NCBI RefSeq assembly: GCF_006345805.1
Contig: NC_043009.1
Coordinates: 37,448,001-37,512,000, forward strand
Length of the DNA stretch: 64,000 nucleotides
DNA from: Octopus sinensis
Lineage: Eukaryota
Direction of reading: 5' to 3'
Shown here: positions 27,433 to 38,649 of the stretch, in pieces
How positions within the stretch are numbered: position 1 is the stretch's first letter
Layout: every line of letters starts with the position of its first letter
Notes under the pieces: generated by a model
Database searches by the model: none
Seen by the model: only the letters and a program-made list of their open reading frames with translations
Told to the model about the DNA's origin: nothing
Translations under genes and position numbers: made by a program

Positions 27433-27959
27433 TATTATTGGGGTCCTGGTATATGTAAAACACTGCCTAAATACCAGTCTTGATAAATTAGGCTTCTCTA
27501 AACCAGAAAGGAGAAAGCTACAGATACTATCAATCACTGGAACTGTAAAAATCTGTAACACTTTCCAGAAGTTTATCATTTAGATATATATGGGATACGG
27601 TAAGCTTTTATAAAACCAGAAAGGAGAAAGCTACAGATCCAATCAATCACTGGTACTGTAAAAATCTGTAACACTTTCCAGAAGTTTATCATTTTAATAT
27701 ATATGGGATACGGTAAGCTTTTATAAAACCAGAAAGGAGAAAGCTACAGATCCAATCAATCACTGGAACTGTAAAAATCTGTAACACTTTCCAGAAGTTT
27801 ATCATTTAAATATATATGGGATACGGTAAGCTTTTATAAAACCAGAAAGGAGAAAGCTACAGATCCAATCAATCACTGGAACTGTAAAAATCTGTAACAC
27901 TTTCCAGAAGTTTATCATTTAAATATATATGGGATACGGTAAGCTTTTATAAAAAAAAA
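27433..27959 (+). mobile_element. R4/Dong-clade LINE 3' end amplified into four 113-bp tandem units
   Basis: IIGVLVYVKHCLNTSLDKLGFSKPERRKLQI-SITGTVKICNTFQKFII*; units start at 27500, 27613, 27726, 27839; A-run follows. Confidence 0.85.
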
Positions 27960-28474
27960 TCTGAAGCGCAGTTTGCTTCTGGTCGTCTCAACTTCTGTTG
28001 TGCCACTGGCGTCATTGCTATTTTCGCTGGAAAGTGAGTTCAGTGCGGTACAACACTATCCACCTAAAACAAATTCAGGCACAGGAACTTCTTAATTCTA
28101 AGAAGTAGTCTTTCTCAGTCTAGAGTCGACTTTCACCATGTGTGTCATTATTCAGTTTACATCAAGATTTCTTGCCAATAGAGAAAGAGCCGGTTTCTAA
28201 CCTAGCTCCAAGGCTCCTTCATTGGAATTTCAACATCAACAACAAGGTATTTTTGTATGTATGTATGTATGTATGTATGTATGTATGTATGTATGTATGT
28301 ATGTATGTATGTATGTATGTGCAGATTTGTATGTTTTATGTATGTATTCTCATGCATATAGTTGCATATCTAGGCATGGTCATATATAGGATCTTTCAAA
28401 ATTTGTGACTGAGATTGAAAAGATCCACCGTATCTTAGAAGGAAGTTCTAACGAGAATTAGGGTTCCTTCACTC

Positions 28475-28692
28475 GGCGGACGTAAAGAATGTGGGCCGCA
28501 ACCTCTGGGTTTTTTGGGGTTTTTTTACAGAATCCCCCATTTTCGAGTACGGAGATTCTGATTCTGCAAAAAAAAACGGCATCTTAAAAAGCCATTTTTT
28601 TGGCAGAATCAAAATCTGTGTACTCGATATTGGGGGATTCTGTAAAAAAAAAAAACCCAAAGGGGGTGCGGTCCACATTTTTTATGTCCGCC
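28475..28692. mobile_element. Palindromic MITE with GG termini
   Basis: ggcggacgtaaa...tttatgtccgcc with long internal arms; flanks cttcactc/attcactc (7/8 putative TSD). Confidence 0.8.
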
Positions 28693-29639
28693 ATTCACTC
28701 GCAGTTTTCATTACGCTGTAGATGGGAAACTGACAGATTCTACTCTGGGTCAGAATAAACCTGGGAACAAATAGTGGCTAAGTAGTGGCTTCATATTCTT
28801 CTAAACATTGGATCTTCCGAATCAGAGCACCACTAACTGATGCAGTTTAAAGTCATACTCCAACACGTTGGAGTAAACAATGCTTGGCTGATGAGATCTA
28901 ATAATATCAAATCATTTTCGGGACATGAGAGTTAAGAATACTGAAAACTTACCAGTTAAGAAATGTTGCATTTCACGCGCCCGTGGGTGCACATAAACAC
29001 ATGCGCACGCATACACACACACACACACACACACAACACACACACACACACACACACAAAACACACACACACACGCACGTACATACACGTGCGCATGCAC
29101 ACATACACATACACACACACGTACATACCTACATACATACATACATACATACATACATACATACATACATACATACATACATGCATGCATACATACATAC
29201 ATACATACATACATACATACATACATACATACATACATGCATGCATGCATGCATGCATGCATGCATGCATACATACATACATACATACATACATACATAC
29301 ATACATACATACATACATACATACATACATACATACATACTAAGAACCAAAATTAAATCTTCGCTGAAATTTTCTAATTTCTTGAAATTGTATCCCCTTC
29401 TTGCTCGAGAGTTGCTCACAATTTCCATTAAGTCTCATTTTGCTTTCTTTATCTTTCCCAAATGAGGAGGAATTTTCTTTCTTTTGGTGGGTGGGGTAGA
29501 GTACATCGTTTAGGACATTATTATGTACCTGAGTTTTTGTTTTAATTCATGCCATTGGCTCACTTGAATTATTCCCTTTTGCTCAGCTTTTTGCAATAAA
29601 AACAAGTAATGTAATATGGCTTGTCAGGTGTCAACTCAC

Positions 29640-29817
29640 TCCAGTAAACTCCTATGCATATATACATACAAGCCTCAAGATTTTATTTGTTTGTGTTGTT
29701 GTTCTATCAGTGGGTAAACAAAACATTATTTCCTTCAATACGTTTGGGAATGACTTTAGTTTCTTTGATACGGATAATGGATACAGTCAACTTGTTTAAT
29801 AATATTATTTGACTAGT
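29640..29817 (-). other. Candidate exon 2 of the minus-strand gene
   Basis: Acceptor ctttccattttcccattacag| and donor CTGGA|GTGAGT; could carry a start MYICIGVYW. Confidence 0.35.
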
Positions 29818-30884
29818 CTGTAATGGGAAAATGGAAAGCAAGCCGATGTGGGTTGACTATGAGCTAAGTATATAAATACTGCAAGACAATAAATATGTTG
29901 CTGGTTCTTCTAACGCCATGATAAAAGCATTGAATGGTACAATTTTCACCTCTTGCCTACATCAATAACACATATATACTGACACTTGTGATCAATTCAA
30001 ACAAAATATTCGTAAAATTATGCACCTCTGTTCTCGTTATTAACAGTATCATTACATGGTATTTATTTACTGACAGATATACTGAATCACTGAGATTCGA
30101 AATGCTTTTTCAGACACAGCGCAAAGCTGATGACTGAATACAAACCTTTGAATTCTCTCCCTCATAACACCGTCGACTGCAAACCTCATTTTTATATACA
30201 GTTGTCATTCCATCTAAGGCAGTGAGCTCGCAGAATCGTTAGTGCGTCAGACAAAAAGCTTAGCAGTATTTCTTTCCACTAATGGCCGTCGCTAAGGGGG
30301 TACACTAGACGGCACTACCTTCTCATTATTCAATGGTGCACCCTCAGATTTACAGTGATAGATTTATTTCGAAACTTTCACTTTAGCATTATTATAAAAT
30401 AGTACCCACTAAGAATATTCTGAAGTACCCCCAGGCACCAAAGTCTCGCAACGGGCCTGTTTCCACTCTTTATGTTCTGAGTTCTAATCCCGCTGGGGTC
30501 AACTTTGCCTTTCATCCTTTCGGTGTCGATAAAATAAAGAACCAGGCAATTACTCCGGGTCAATGATATCGATTGCCTCATGCTCTCGAAATTTCTGACC
30601 TTTCCTCAAAATTAGAAAGAATAATTGTTTTGCCATCCCAATTAAATCAGTCGGTTAATCCTGCCCCACAGACTATATATTCTTATTAATATACAAGATC
30701 TAGGTTCTTGAAAAGATTGACTAGATTGTAGCATTTGATCAGTTACGTTCTAGTTTAATGATAAATCCTTAAATACGTTTATAAGTGCATAATACAGAAA
30801 AATTACTAAAGAGACGGATAAAATGCCGTTATCGAATTTACTTCTAATCTCAGTCTATTATTTCGTTTTTTTTTTCTCAATTAC

Positions 30885-31018
30885 CTTGTAAAAAGTCACC
30901 AATGTGGAAAGTCTACAATGTGAAATGTAAGCAGTGTAGTGAGTCACCAATTTAGTGTGAGTGGTCACTAATTCAAAGTATGAAAGTGCTCGTGAAAAAG
31001 TTCATTAAATGCGCTTTT
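30885..31018 (-). other. Candidate first (probably non-coding) exon
   Basis: Starts at an Inr-like TCA 30 nt from TATA; ends at donor TACAAG|GTAATT. Confidence 0.5.
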
Positions 31019-31040
31019 GAGAAGCGGATAACAGCTTCGG

Positions 31041-31098
31041 TATTTATACGCGCCCAGTCCTGATTGGCTGAAGTATGACATAGCACAACTGTGCTATG
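31041..31098 (-). promoter_or_regulatory. Pol II core promoter: CCAAT + TATAAATA
   Basis: Minus strand gCCAATcaggactgggcgcgTATAAATAcc (CCAAT 31063-67, TATA 31041-48) in unique sequence; palindrome catagcac-aact-gtgctatg at 31079-98. Confidence 0.55.
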
Positions 31099-31302
31099 CC
31101 GCCACAATAAAGATTTAGCTTTCCTGACTCCTACAACCTTTTTAGGTGACTGGGAGACGTTCACTGGGGTAAAATAGGGCAAATAAGAAGAGTTGGTGAA
31201 AGAATGAAAGTTGTAATGCAGAGGTAAGCTTTCCCTTCTTCTCACAATTTCGGACCAATTCCTTCTTTCTCTCTCAGCACATACACACAAGGGACACACA
31301 GA

Positions 31303-31333
<31 letters not shown>

Positions 31334-31525
31334 CACACACACATACAGTGTTTCTCACTCATCTCTGTGCAAACCTCTAAAATGTTTTGACATCTGAATG
31401 GTTGCCCGTATCTAGATGCTCTCATTAGCGATGGGGTGAAATATCAACTTCTCTCGAACATGTCTGTCTGTCAGGGTGAGGATGCGTGCACGCGCGTATT
31501 TATGTGTTGAAACACTGTCAATAAA

Positions 31526-31845
31526 CGCTGCTATGGCTCAGTGGTTAGAGCGTCGAGCTTACGATCGTGAAGTTGTGAGTTCGAATCCCGGACCGGGCTG
31601 CGTGTTGTGTTCTTCAGCAAGACACTTTATTTCACTTCCTCCGGTTCACTCAGCTGTAGAAATGAGTTGCGACGTCACTGATGCCAAGCTGTATCAGCCT
31701 TTTCCCTTTCCCTTGGATGACATTAGTGGCGTGGAGAGGGGAGGCTGGTATACTTGGGCGACTGCTGGTCTTCCATAAACAACCTTGCCCGGAGGGTAAC
31801 TTTCTAGGTGCCATCCCACGGTCACTCATGACCGAAGGAGGTCTC
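31526..31845 (+). mobile_element. tRNA-derived CORE-like SINE (family C)
   Basis: A box TGGCTCAGTGG, B box GAGTTCGAATCC, then gtgttgtgttcttcagcaagacacttt. Confidence 0.85.
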
Positions 31846-32113
31846 AATATCCGTGTGTGTACAATGCCAATGGGCTCACTACGTAACGCAAAGAATATAC
31901 TGCATCGTTCTTGAAGTACATCGAGGAAAAGAAGTACACTTGACATAAGCTTTAAATCCAAACAGACGACATTTTAGATTTTACTTTATTTACGGAATCC
32001 TATTTAATTAGATAATATATAATAAATAGCCAACTTGTGTATGCCATATTTTATGCGTTGTTTTTTCTTTTTTATATTTCTGGAAACACATTGGGTACAG
32101 GAGAATATATAAA

Positions 32114-32506
32114 TCTTTATAAATAAAAGTGAGGTTGTGTGCTGTCTGTCTCCTACGATTTAGATTCCTAACTACTCCCACATTTTGCGGTGCAGTTTAA
32201 CCAAAACCGGGTATCATATCGAGATTCATATCGAGCCCTTCTGGGTATTAGCGCGCGTCTACGATGAGTCTACGATTTTAAAAAAAGTTACCATCAATTT
32301 TTCCCATTTTTAATGCATTTTTGGCATATATAAGGGAAGTAACTCTCTAAAAATTTATTATTAAATCTCAGAACGTAAAAAGCTACAGTAACACCCCCCC
32401 CCTTGTGGTTAGCCATATTGAGATGGCTATTATACTTTACATCTCTAAAAATGCTTATATAGTTATTTCCCTTACAAACCCGAGCAACGCCGGGCGATAC
32501 TGCTAG
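32114..32506 (+). mobile_element. Non-autonomous Helitron
   Basis: A|TC start, cccgagcaacgccggg hairpin, CTAG|T end; 3' end shared with 21628. Confidence 0.85.
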
Positions 32507-32718
32507 TAAATAATATATCTATTGTGATATGTGTATGTATGTGCGTGTGAGTGTGTGTGTGTGTAGGTGCGAGGGGGGGCGCATACGTGAGAATGTGTAT
32601 GTGTGTGTGTGTGTGTGCGTGTGTACGCGTGCGTGCGTGTGTACGCGTGCTTGCGTGTGTACGCGTGCGTGCGTGTGTACTCGTGCGTGCGTGTGTGTGT
32701 ACGCGTGCGTGCCTGCAT

Positions 32719-32761
<43 letters not shown>

Positions 32762-32979
32762 GTAATTTGTTTTATTTCCATGTCTCTCATCGTTCACACT
32801 ACTTTATATATTTATTATCTGATAACTCTAACCAGCACTTTATTAAATTGAATAGAAATTAGTGAACCTAACATAAAAATATACTCGCTGTATTTCAGAC
32901 ACATTTATTTCCATCGATATTGCACGCACACACATGCACACGCACCATACTTACACAGAACACAGACATACAGCCACAG

Positions 32980-33016
<37 letters not shown>

Positions 33017-33172
33017 CACACACACTCACGTTATGTGTATGTGCGTGCGTGTGTATGTGTGTGTGTGTGTGTATTCATATTTATATAGTTCAAATGTGCA
33101 GAAAACAAAAGACAAAGACAGGTGAAGGAACATGTAAGTGGATTAGTTGGACACTCGAGAAAAATGGAAAAG

Positions 33173-33210
33173 TCATTGACGTTTCGAGTCTACGCTCTTC
33201 AACAGAAGGG
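33173..33210 (-). ncRNA. Hammerhead-like motif with CTGTTGA core
   Basis: CTGTTGA-agagcgtagactc-GAAAC-GTC; stem I degenerate. Confidence 0.55.
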
Positions 33211-33707
33211 ATGAGAGGGAAAAAGATGAAGAGATGAGAGATGAAAAAGATGAGCGAGAGAGAGAGAAAAATGTGTCAGAATTAACGGCTTAACCTGATG
33301 AAATTACCGGAAGAAAGAGGCTGAGAGAAGGGAAGAAAATAGCGGTGACCCGGCTGAAGTGAGGTACGTAAGCGAGGGTGTGTATGTAAGAATGGTGTGT
33401 GTGTGTGTGTATGTGTGGAAGGGGACGAGTGTGTATGTATGTGTGGGCGAGCTTAAAATCATGTGAGCCTGTGTGTGCGTATGGAGCGTGTGTATATGTG
33501 TATAAATAAACCGGTGCGTGTGTTGTGTGAATTGATGCGACGGAGCGTGTATATGTGTGGGAGTGAGAGAGGCTGTGTATAGGATGTGTATGTGTGTGCA
33601 AACGCTTGTGTGCAGCAGTTAATGTGTGCTTGTGCGAATAGTATTTGTGCATATGTGTGTGTGCATGAAGCGTGTGCTTGTTCCTTAAGTGCATGTATGC
33701 ATATATA

Positions 33708-34007
33708 TTGTTGTTGTTCTTTCTCGAGCCACGCCTGGCTCATAGGGCCGGTTTCCCGGTTTCCTTGGCGTATACGTTCCCTACCTGGACGGGACGCCGG
33801 TCCGTCGCAGGTGAGCTGCAAGATGCTGGAGGAAAGAGTGAAAGAAAGTTGTGGTGAAAGAGTCAGCAGAAGTTCGCCATCACCTTCTGCCGGAGCCGCG
33901 TGGGGCTTAGGTGCTTCGCTCATAAACACACACATAGCCCGGTCTGAGATTCGAACCCGCGATCCCTCGACCGCGAGTCTGCTGCTCTAACCACAAGGCC
34001 ATGTGCC
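33708..34007 (-). mobile_element. tRNA-derived SINE (family D) with V-domain-like segment and (CAA)n tail
   Basis: Head ggccttgtggttagagc...gggttcgaatctc; ctgcgacggaccggcgtcccgtccagg; tail aacaacaacaa. Confidence 0.8.
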
Positions 34008-34039
34008 TACACACACACACACACACACATACATATATA

Positions 34040-34254
34040 TATATATTCAAAATGTGACCGTGTGTGTACCGTTGGCGATTTTTTTCCCACTGTCTTCCCT
34101 TCTCTGGATCTTTCCTTCTCCTATGTTTCCGACGAAGAGCTCCGCTCGAAACGTTAAACCCTCCTTCTTTCCTTCTTTCCTGAGCGTCCAATAATACTAT
34201 GTTTGTTCCACGTCCTCGCGTTGTTGTGTTTTATTTGTGCTTTCATGTTTGGAT

Positions 34255-34259
<5 letters not shown>
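34040..34259 (+). mobile_element. PLE-like mini-element with hammerhead (34125-34159)
   Basis: gttt-CCGACGA-a-gagc-tcc-gctc-GAAAC-GTT-aaac. Confidence 0.8.
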
Positions 34260-34330
<71 letters not shown>

Positions 34331-34565
34331 CTGTATGAGTTAGAGGTTAATAAACCATCTAAGGAATATTAAATATCCAATATACTACTGGATGTGTACC
34401 TACGTATTTTTAAACAAGTGTTAACTATTGCATGGCAATATGCAATTGAATACTAGCTATGGGTGGGTGTAAATTTCCAATTTACCCAGATTTATAAGGC
34501 AAATAAGAAAATGGAGAAGATATAAAATCGACAAACATCACCCAGTAAACATTCCATTATATCTA

Positions 34566-34750
34566 GTTATTAAATAATAACAAACATGTGTTTAAGTGGT
34601 ACAAGTAAATGGATGAGATCAGCCAATAAATACGTACACAGATACATATATAGAGATGAATGAATAATAATAGATGAGTGTACAGATATTTATTGGCTGA
34701 TCTCATTCACTTACTTGTACTCCTTAAACACATGTTGTTATCATTTAATA
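34566..34750. repeat. Palindromic MITE-like element (~75-bp arms)
   Basis: acatgtgtttaag...gatgagatcagccaataaata / tatttattggctgatctcat...cttaaacacatgt. Confidence 0.8.
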
Positions 34751-34818
34751 GATAGATATAATGAATGTTTACTGGCTCATGTTTATCGATTTTATATCCT
34801 CTCCATGTTCTTATTTGC

Positions 34819-34875
<57 letters not shown>

Positions 34876-35020
34876 GGGTATAAAAGGTTTTGGCATCTAG
34901 AAGACTCAAAGAGTGGAAGGTAATGCTAAGTAAGTGCTAAGGACAGACCATAGTTAAACTTGGTTCGATAGTGATATGAGTGAGAAGTTTAATGTGGATC
35001 TTGCATATATACATATATAG

Positions 35021-35222
35021 TTAATCCAAACATGAAAGCACAAAAAAACACAACAACGCGAGGATGTGGAACAAACATAGTATTATTGGACGCTCAGGAA
35101 AGAAGGAAAGAAGGAGGGTTTAACGTTTCGAGCGGAGCTCTTCGTCGGAAACATAGAAGGAAAGATCCAGAGAAGGGAAGACAGAGGAAAAAAAATCGCC
35201 AATGGTACACACGCGGTCACAA
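35021..35222 (-). mobile_element. PLE-like mini-element with hammerhead (35118-35152)
   Basis: Reverse complement of 34040-34259 family, same CCGACGA core. Confidence 0.8.
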
Positions 35223-35229
35223 TATATAC

Positions 35230-36240
35230 TAGACAAAAACAGATAACAAAGCCAAGGCTTTGAGGAGTTTTCGGGACATTTATAAGGAAAGATATATAGT
35301 CTTACGGCTGTTTCTGTGATATTATAGATATCCCTTCATCAGAGACGATGTGAGATGGTTAAATAGAGGTAAATGTTTGAGGAATTATTGTGGGAAAGAA
35401 GGAGATAGGGAAAATAGAGGGAAATAAGAAAATGAAAGTAGAAATAGCATATGAGATATTGCAGTTTCAGTTCCATTATTCGAGTAAAGTGGTGTATTGA
35501 AGTGGTAAAAAGTTTCCTGTACATGGTATGTAAGTTCCGATAGTAGTTCATGTTTAGTCAATTTAAAGTATAGAACCGTGGATTCTGTGTTGCCCTTCTC
35601 TCTCTTTTTATTATCATTACCCTTTTATCTTTTTTCTTTGTTTTTTTTGTTTTGTTTTTACATTTTCCTTCTCTCTCCCTCTTTTCTCTCTCTCCTTTTA
35701 TTATCATTACTGTTTTATCTTTTTCTTTTTTTCTCTCTTTCTTCTCATTTTCCTTTCTTCTCTTCATTTTGACCCATCTCCTCATTCTAATCAAACATAT
35801 CTCCTCCCACCCTCCCTATCTATCCACAAATACTACCAATACATTCCCAAATTTTCTTTCACACCACAAAACCCCTTCGGATGGGCAACACAGAATCTAC
35901 GACTCCATACTCTTTGACTAAACACGAACTACTATCGGAATTTACATACCATGTGCAGGAAACTTTTTACCACCTCTACACACCACTTGACTCGAATAAT
36001 GTAACTGAAACTACAATATTTTATGTTATTTCTACTTTCATTCTCTTATTTCCCTCTATTTCCCTTATCTCCTCCTTTTCTACAATAATTCCTCAAACAT
36101 TCACCTCTATTTAACCATCTTACATCGTCTCTGATGAAGGACTATCCATAATATCTCAGAAACAGCTGTAAGACTATATCTTTTTCTTTATGTCCTGAAA
36201 ACTCCTCACAGCCTTGGCTTTGTTATCTATTTTTGTCTTT
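35230..36240. mobile_element. Inverted pair of PLE-like pLTRs, each with a hammerhead (35299-35346 minus; 36127-36174 plus)
   Basis: gtct-CTGATGA-stem II-GAAAC-AGC(T/C)-GTA-agac in both; ~340 bp of flanking similarity. Confidence 0.8.
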
Positions 36241-36559
36241 TATATATATATATATTATATATATATATATATATATAATATATATATATATATACTTAAG
36301 TACACATACACACACACATACATGCACATATTTGTGTGAGTGGTTTCACAAACAAAAGCAAGTGGTGTATTCATACTCTGTTCAGAGCAAATATAGTTAT
36401 TATGTTATATTAGACAAATATAAAGACTTTTTTTACCTTTAAGTTTCATGCATTTTGAACAGCTCTGACTTTAAGTATAGACAGACTTTAAACTGCATGC
36501 AAGAATCCGATGTCTGAGAAAAGTGCAAAACTTGAACGAAAATTTGAGCTAAAAAGATC

Positions 36560-36800
36560 GGTATATAAGTCTTTAAGAGAAAAGAATTGAAATTCAGCCT
36601 ACAGTTATTTAGAAGGATATTAATGCACTTAGTGAAGGATTGAGAAAGGTTTATGGACTGCAGACCAGTGGCACATTACCTACCATGATGCCTGATGGTA
36701 CGAAAGTGCAGGCTAAAACAAAAATATAATTTACAAATATGGAAGAAGTACTTTTAAACAGTTCTGAGTACTGATCCATCAGTTAGCGAAGATATTCTGT
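36560..36800 (+). mobile_element. Degenerate RTE-type LINE remnant
   Basis: KVYGLQTSGTLP...DGT...WKKYF*TVLSTDPSVSE resembles the RTE linker (VYGP...DG...RWxEHF..LL...SVSE). Confidence 0.55.
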
Positions 36801-38064
36801 TTTCTATTTTATAAAGACCAGAAGCAGTACAACTCACGTCTGTGCAACTTGCATCTTCTTATCAATAAAACTGTTATTTCAGAGAAGATACAATGCCATA
36901 AGAGGAATTTTGTAACGATCTGGCTGGAACGTAAAATCGCATCCGATTCTGTTCCCTAGTAGTGAATGCAAGAGGCTCTTCAGTTTATAAAAATTGTAGA
37001 GACCATAATCAGAGGTACAGGTAGCCTAGCTCCATTCTGGAAGACCTTACAGTATGGAAAGTGGTTACATTGTCTCAGTTTATATAAAATACTGCTTGGT
37101 GTATTTCAACGAAGCACTCAATTGTAATACTATTTATACAAGCAGTGAACATTTGTTTTTGAGAAAAATCTGAAGTGCATTATGAAGTACATAAACCAAA
37201 CCGTATCAATAGACACGCGTGATGGAATGAATACATGCAAGTATTTTCTGTAAATAATACGTATAAGTGCAAACATGTAACCACTTACCCATCTACATAC
37301 ATAAATACATATATACATTACTTTCAACTGCAGACGTGTAAAGATAGAAGACAGTCTAAATGTTTTTGAACGTTTTCCTCTACCATTATGCAGATCAAAA
37401 CAAGCCTAGACCATTGACTTTTTTCTTGTTTTAGATAAGAGAAATGCTTTTAAATAAATGCTCTTTGCTCACCAACGTAAAGCTGGATTTTAAAAAAAAA
37501 TCTTTTCAGCCAGTGAGATTTTGCTTTCATGATCATTGTTGATATTGGATATCACACCAATAAATACCGATACCGAAATAGCAGCACCAACAGTAACACT
37601 AAACCAGTGGGTTATCTAAGACGACTCTGAATTTTTTATTTCTTTTTTCATTCCGTTTGGTTTTTGTATTTAAACCAAACTCTGCCCTGGTGCTCTGAGA
37701 CACAGCCCTTGAAAATCCTTCTATTGGTTTTATGAAATAGTTAAAAAATTACTGAGACGAAGCTCACTGTTTAGCCACTCCATGGCTAAAGCAGCCTCAA
37801 TAAGAGACAGACATCCTTCTTTATTCGAAAAATGGCTGTCATAAATAGTAATTGTTATTCCCACTCCTATGAGGTTAATCGATTTTCTGAAGACGTTTAA
37901 AAGCAGCCAAAACTGTCATAGAAATGGGCGATAAAAATATAAACAAACCGCTATCATCATCATCATCATCATCATCATCACTCAATCCATATAATTCAGT
38001 ATAAAACTGATCTGAACGAGGCAACATATATACATATATATATAATATGTATATATATATATAT

Positions 38065-38173
<109 letters not shown>

Positions 38174-38272
38174 CATACATATATATATACATACATATAT
38201 ATATATATACAATATATATATACATATATATACATATATATATATACATATATATATATGTATATATATATG

Positions 38273-38305
<33 letters not shown>

Positions 38306-38306
38306 G

Positions 38307-38339
<33 letters not shown>

Positions 38340-38649
38340 ATGCATATATGGGTACAGGACGTCACCAAGTGTAAACAACATGAAATACGCAAACGAGAGA
38401 AAAAATTGAAAAGAGGACAAGTAACACAAAGAACGACCCTTCATCAGTTGTCGGCTGTCTATATGTGTGTGGGGGTGTGGGGGTGTGGGGGTGTATGCAT
38501 ATACATCATTGTTAAATTATTTTAAAATAATTTTTCTCAATTTCTTTAAGTTGTTACTAAACAAATAGCATTCTTGACAAGAGCAAAGGAAAAACAATCT
38601 CTGTCACGCGAAAAGTTACTATTGATGTTGTTGTACAGCATATGAAACT

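Noticed and set aside
27500-27951. Regular array resembling CRISPR
   Set aside because: No unique spacers, eukaryotic context, and the units derive from a LINE 3' end
31526-31600. tRNA gene
   Set aside because: A and B boxes are present but run into a SINE body without an acceptor stem
37768-37886. Minus-strand 119-nt exon-like open frame
   Set aside because: KEGCLSL...AMEWL resembles an RT motif (QGCxLSP...MEW) and such frames arise by chance
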